NCBI GenBank assembly: GCA_012295275.1
Contig: CM022672.1
Coordinates: forward strand, 1,674,001 to 1,738,000
Direction: 5' to 3'
DNA: 64,000 nucleotides
From: Chrysomallon squamiferum
Taxonomy: Eukaryota; Animalia; Mollusca
Position numbers and translations under genes: made by a program. Below are positions 59,401-64,000 of the stretch, piece after piece. The first letter of the stretch is position 1; the number at the start of each line of letters is the position of its first letter. The notes beneath the pieces were generated by a model. That model saw only the letters and a program-made list of their open reading frames with translations, ran no database searches and was not told the DNA's origin.

Positions 59401-61723
59401 CAGCAGCATTATTGATATACAATTCTAACATGCCAGTGTTTATTAATAATAAACCAAAGTTTCACAAATAATTTTATTTCAATAATTATTTTTGAAACAA
59501 CCTTTTCTTCATTTTTCTTAACATGAAACTTTTTCTTTTTTGTGTGTTTTAGCCATTTTTCCTGTATCTGGCATATCAGTCAGTACATGGTCCACTACAG
59601 GTACCCAAGAAATATTTAGATCAGTATTCTTTTATCCAAAACAAAGCTAGAAGAACTTATGCAGGTAACATTCTTTTAGTTATTAATTGATTATTATTGG
59701 TAGCATTGGTAATAGAAGTAGTAGTAGTACTAGTAAAGTAACAACAAAAGCAGTAGTAGTGGGAGTAGTAGTTGTTGTAAAAATCGGAATAGTAGTTGTT
59801 GTTGATGTATTATTGTTGTTATTATTTCAAAGTTATCAGGGTCATATCATCATTATTATTACTGTTATTGTGATAATTATTGCTTTTATTATCTTCATCA
59901 ATGTTACTGTTGTTATTTTCTGACAGCAATGGTATCTTGTATGGACGAAGGAGTAAAGAATCTAACAGATGTCCTTAAAGCCACAGGACAGTGGGAGAAC
60001 ACTATACTGGTTTTTTCAACTGGTATGTATTTTAATAATTTGTTACATTTAATAAAAATCACCTTTATTCAAGATAATATAAAGCTCATTCTAATCACAG
60101 TTCTGGAGTCAGAGAAGTATGATTTATTGTTAATAATAATCATATATATAACATGGTGTTAAAGAGAGAGAAATATGTAAAATAACGTTAAAGAGACAGC
60201 AATGTGTAATGTATTGTTAAAAATAGACATGTGTAATGTATTGTTAAAGAGACAGAAGTGTGTGATGTATTTGTTAAAGAGACAGAAGTGTGTAATATAT
60301 TGTTCAATGTGTAATATATTGTTCAAGACATACATAATATATTGTTAAAGACACAAAGAGTAATCCTTTCGTCAGTTTTCTTTCTTGTTTCATATAAGAC
60401 ATGGTCTTAAATTACATGTATTATGCCATATAATCAAATATAAAAAAATACATCAGGTGTATCTTTAAATAAAATATTTATTGTACTTTTTGTAAAGATC
60501 TGCTTAATCTTCTCTGATTTACAGTAATTATTTATTTTCAGATAATGGAGGTCAGGTTCATGCTGGTGGCAACAACTGGCCCCTTAGAGGTTGGAAGGGT
60601 TCATTGTGGGAAGGGGGTGTTCATGGAGTCGGGTTTGTCCATTCACCACTGCTGAACCAGACTGGACTTGTGAACAGAGAAATGATTCACATCTCTGACT
60701 GGTATCCAACTCTTGTCAGTCTGGCTGGTGGAAACTTGAATGGAACTAAACCATTGGATGGTTTTGACCAATGGGCAACGATCAGGTTTGTTGAACATTC
60801 TGAAACATAATTTAACAATATATAAACTGTATTAAATAAGAATTATTTATTGTATTTGTAATTGCCAATATTAAAATATGAAGTAATGTTATTTGTTTAT
60901 GAATTTTGAACATCAAATAAAGATTATTATATTGTGTTATTATAATTGTTTAATTTTGTTTTCAGTAAAGGTTTGCCAAGTCCTAGAAAAGAACTTCTTC
61001 ACAATATTGACATACTCCATCCAAAGGTTGGAACACCAGTGTTCCCCAACACATTTGATACAAGAATTAGAGCAGCACTGCGTTTTGGTGACTGGAAAAT
61101 TGTAACAGGAAATCCAGGTATATTCTTCTTAATACAGTATAAATAGTTGAAGGAAATCAGTCTGCAATTTTCATATGAGCCACGTTTATAGAATAAAATA
61201 ACCACTGATGATTGTGATACAAATAATAATACATATTATTAATAATTACATATAATTGTGTTTGTATGTATTTGTGTATGTTTATTGGTGTGTATATGCA
61301 TAATTATAGTCACAAAAATGTTTTCATGCACACACAAAAGATGTCATAGATTATTTATGTAAATGTATCAGATTATTATTATTATTTTATATTAGTGTTA
61401 CTATTACAATATTTAATACTACTTCTGTTATCATTAATATTATTATTATTAATATAGGAAATGGCAAATGGATCCCTCCACCTCATGTTTCCTACAACTC
61501 GACAGAAATCCCACAGAAATCTACAAAAAATGTCTGGCTGTTTAATATTAAAAATGATCCTAATGAGCACAACGATTTATCTGATCACAATCCAGATCTT
61601 GTTCACAAGCTACTTGATCGACTGTTACACTACAACAGCACTGCTGTTCCTGCCAGATACCCACCCTCAGATCCCAGGTGTGACCCCCAGCTGCATGGTG
61701 GGGTGTGGGGACCATGGGAGTGA
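56401..61723 (+). CDS. ARSB: Arylsulfatase B-like sulfatase, copy 2, 8 exons, 516 aa
   Basis: Same motifs and exon lengths as copy 1: 56401-56661, 57291-57477, 58934-59166, 59553-59664, 59927-60022, 60542-60785, 60966-61117 and 61458-61723. Confidence 0.93.
58022..58798 (+). mobile_element. Decayed Mutator-like (MULE) DNA transposon fragment in intron 2 of sulfatase copy 2, with a 9-bp target-site duplication
   Basis: CTAAAACAT flanks the insert at 58022-58030 and 58790-58798; the paralogous intron has an empty site (CCTGAAATATGC, ~49872). Frameshifted translation gives MULE-type blocks: [13 protein letters not shown] / [10 protein letters not shown] (DGTF..P.LF.QLY.IH-like), YFEKAAAN (DFE.A-like), [11 protein letters not shown] (CxxH) and [17 protein letters not shown]. 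Confidence 0.85.
60180..60352 (+). repeat. Degenerate ~27-30-bp tandem repeat in intron 5 of sulfatase copy 2
   Basis: TGTGTAATGTATTGTTAAAGAGACAGAAG-like unit occurs about 6 times. Confidence 0.7.
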
Positions 61724-62096
61724 GGAATGACATTCAGGTTGTGTCAATCCATCATCCAAAATCCAAAAATCATTCAATATCAATTGGAAAAAAAAAAAAA
61801 AAAAAAAAATTTCAAGAAATGTCGCTGGTATAATAATTATGTATAGGTATGTTTAGTTTGATTGTTTAATGTTTAATATTTTTCTTACATATTAACTGAA
61901 ATATTTTGAATAAGGATTTGTTGACGTATGCCAGATTGTTACTGTTTGGGTTTTTCTAACTACTGATAATGCAATTTTTCACTAATAATGAAAAGAAGAT
62001 TTAACAGGACTTTTTAAAACTATTGTTATTGAAATGTATTTAAATATGTGTGTGTGTGTGTGTGTATGCGTGTGTGTGTGTGCGTTTGTGTGTGTG

Positions 62097-62148
<52 letters not shown>

Positions 62149-63140
62149 GTTTTAAATGTTGATGTTGGGGTATTTAGATAATGTCAGTAACTAGTTAAAG
62201 TGTGAGTAAGATTTAGGATGCCTTTGTCCAAAAATTGCTCATGTATATCTATCACAGTACATATTGAGATTTTCTAACAGAACTGTGTGCATGAAATTTG
62301 AAAAAAAAAAACAATTACAATAATTCAAGAAAGATAAGAAATTGGGTACAAAAATCCACTCATGACTGAGTTACCATAATTATAATTGTTAAAGATTCTT
62401 GATCATTCTAATCCATTTGAGATTCTGATATGCCTTTTCTGGCCATACATTTTGGTTAAAAATGTTTAATAATGAGATTCAGAATCTTTCAAAAACAGTA
62501 GTAATTTTTTCTAAATATTTAATTTTCTTTCATTTAACAAGTGATTTTGACACAAATTATTTTATACATAAATAATCTAAGTTGATATAGAATATGTACA
62601 TAAAACTGTGATTTGACTTTTGCAGGTTTAGAGATATTTTCACTATTCCATATTTAATATATCAGAAAGTAGTGGGTTTTTTTATTTTAATTTATATGCA
62701 GTGTTTAATTATGGACAGTGGCATTTTTTATTTTATATAGTGACTAGTACTTACATTTAATCTTGGTGCTAGAAATATAAATGAACAAAATATATTCATG
62801 TCCAAATATTTTATTGAAAAAATCAGGTACATCTAAATTTTTCAATATGCTAATTCATTATTTAAATGTATATTATACAGTAGTTTAACATGGTTACTGG
62901 TATGTTGTGTTAAGTAAAACACTGTATTAGAAAAAAAAAACAATTATTTATTTAATGTTTTACCTTCTTTATTGTTATCCAGAATGTTACATTTTACAAT
63001 TCTGCTTTTCATGGCAAAAATTCATGTTCTGAATATATTTTGTTGCATTAAGACAAACTTTAATCTTGTATTGTTATCTGACAACAGTGTGAGATAAATA
63101 ATCTTATTAATACTTTTACCATGACATATCGTGCAGGATT

Positions 63141-63174
<34 letters not shown>

Positions 63175-64000
63175 CAAAAATCAGTATGCATTATTATTCA
63201 TCAAAACTGTTTCATCAGTCAAAATGATTGTGCTTGGTTATTATGATTTAAACTGTGTGTGTGTTATATATATATATTTTTTTTATTTATTTTTGTCGTG
63301 CAAAATGATTTATAAATAGTTTATGGTTCTTTTAGCTGAAAGGCAGTTTATGTAAATCTTTTACTAAATAATTCATTAACATTTTGTTGCCAATGTGATG
63401 CATTAAAACAATTGTTAATGTTTTATTTTAATTGTTTTTTTCTTGCAGTATAGATAAATTGTACAAGTTATTAATGGTTTTTTTTTATTGTTGTTGTTAT
63501 TTAGATTACTATACAAATCTGATATCAGCATATTGTTATTTTTAATATATAATCAGTGGGCCAATAAATAAAATGTCACAGTTAACTGGGTGATTGTATT
63601 TTGTTTTTTTATACTGTTTATTATTATTATTATTTGTTATTATTCTAGTTATTATTTATTTGGTTACATATTTATATCTTTATTTATTCAGAGTACTCAT
63701 ATTAGTTTTTGAATTTCAAGCATTGTTTTATTTTTTTTTATATAAAGGAAAAGAAAATGCAGCTTTCATTTCATTCACTGTTATTGATTAAAAGCAAAGG
63801 GTATTTTATAGGCATTTTCCTGATAAAGGAATATATAATAAAATATTTTTCTGATTATAAAACTTCAGGTGAAATGTGCAATAAATAAACCCAAGAAAAC
63901 TGACCCAGCAGTAAATTTCTCCTTAAATGAATTAGAGAAAAACACACCACAATTTTTGAAATACAAGGTGCAGGGTTTGGAAGGAGAAAGAAGAAAAAAC

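Overview
This is AT-rich, microsatellite-dense, intron-containing animal genomic DNA, probably from a mollusc or another lophotrochozoan (inferred from composition and repeat style, not demonstrated). I reconstructed six spliced genes by hand from GT-AG boundaries and frame continuity. XPR1 (SPX-EXS phosphate exporter, + strand, 15 coding exons, 5288-15721) carries a +1 frameshift in its conserved ENEHLNNCG motif as sequenced. Two intact paralogs of an uncharacterised ~8-TM membrane protein (- strand, 19941-26045 and 33617-40700) arose from a ~14.4-kb tandem duplication (~14266-28637 / ~28638-43225). That duplication also copied the 3' end of XPR1, minus exon 14. MRRF lies on the - strand at 44021-47278, head-to-head with two tandem arylsulfatase B-like genes (+ strand, 48545-53108 and 56401-61723). 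The two duplicate pairs show opposite patterns. The membrane-protein paralogs have very similar introns but sharp islands of amino-acid divergence. The sulfatase paralogs have diverged introns but near-identical exons, differing mainly in loops probably near the active site. Also present are a decayed Mutator-like transposase insertion with a 9-bp target-site duplication, a 48-bp minisatellite expanded about 9-fold in one duplicate, and degraded SINE-like repeats. I found no rRNA, tRNA or CRISPR array and cannot claim a wholly new multi-gene system. The best leads are the diverging membrane-protein pair and the state of the XPR1 C-terminus.
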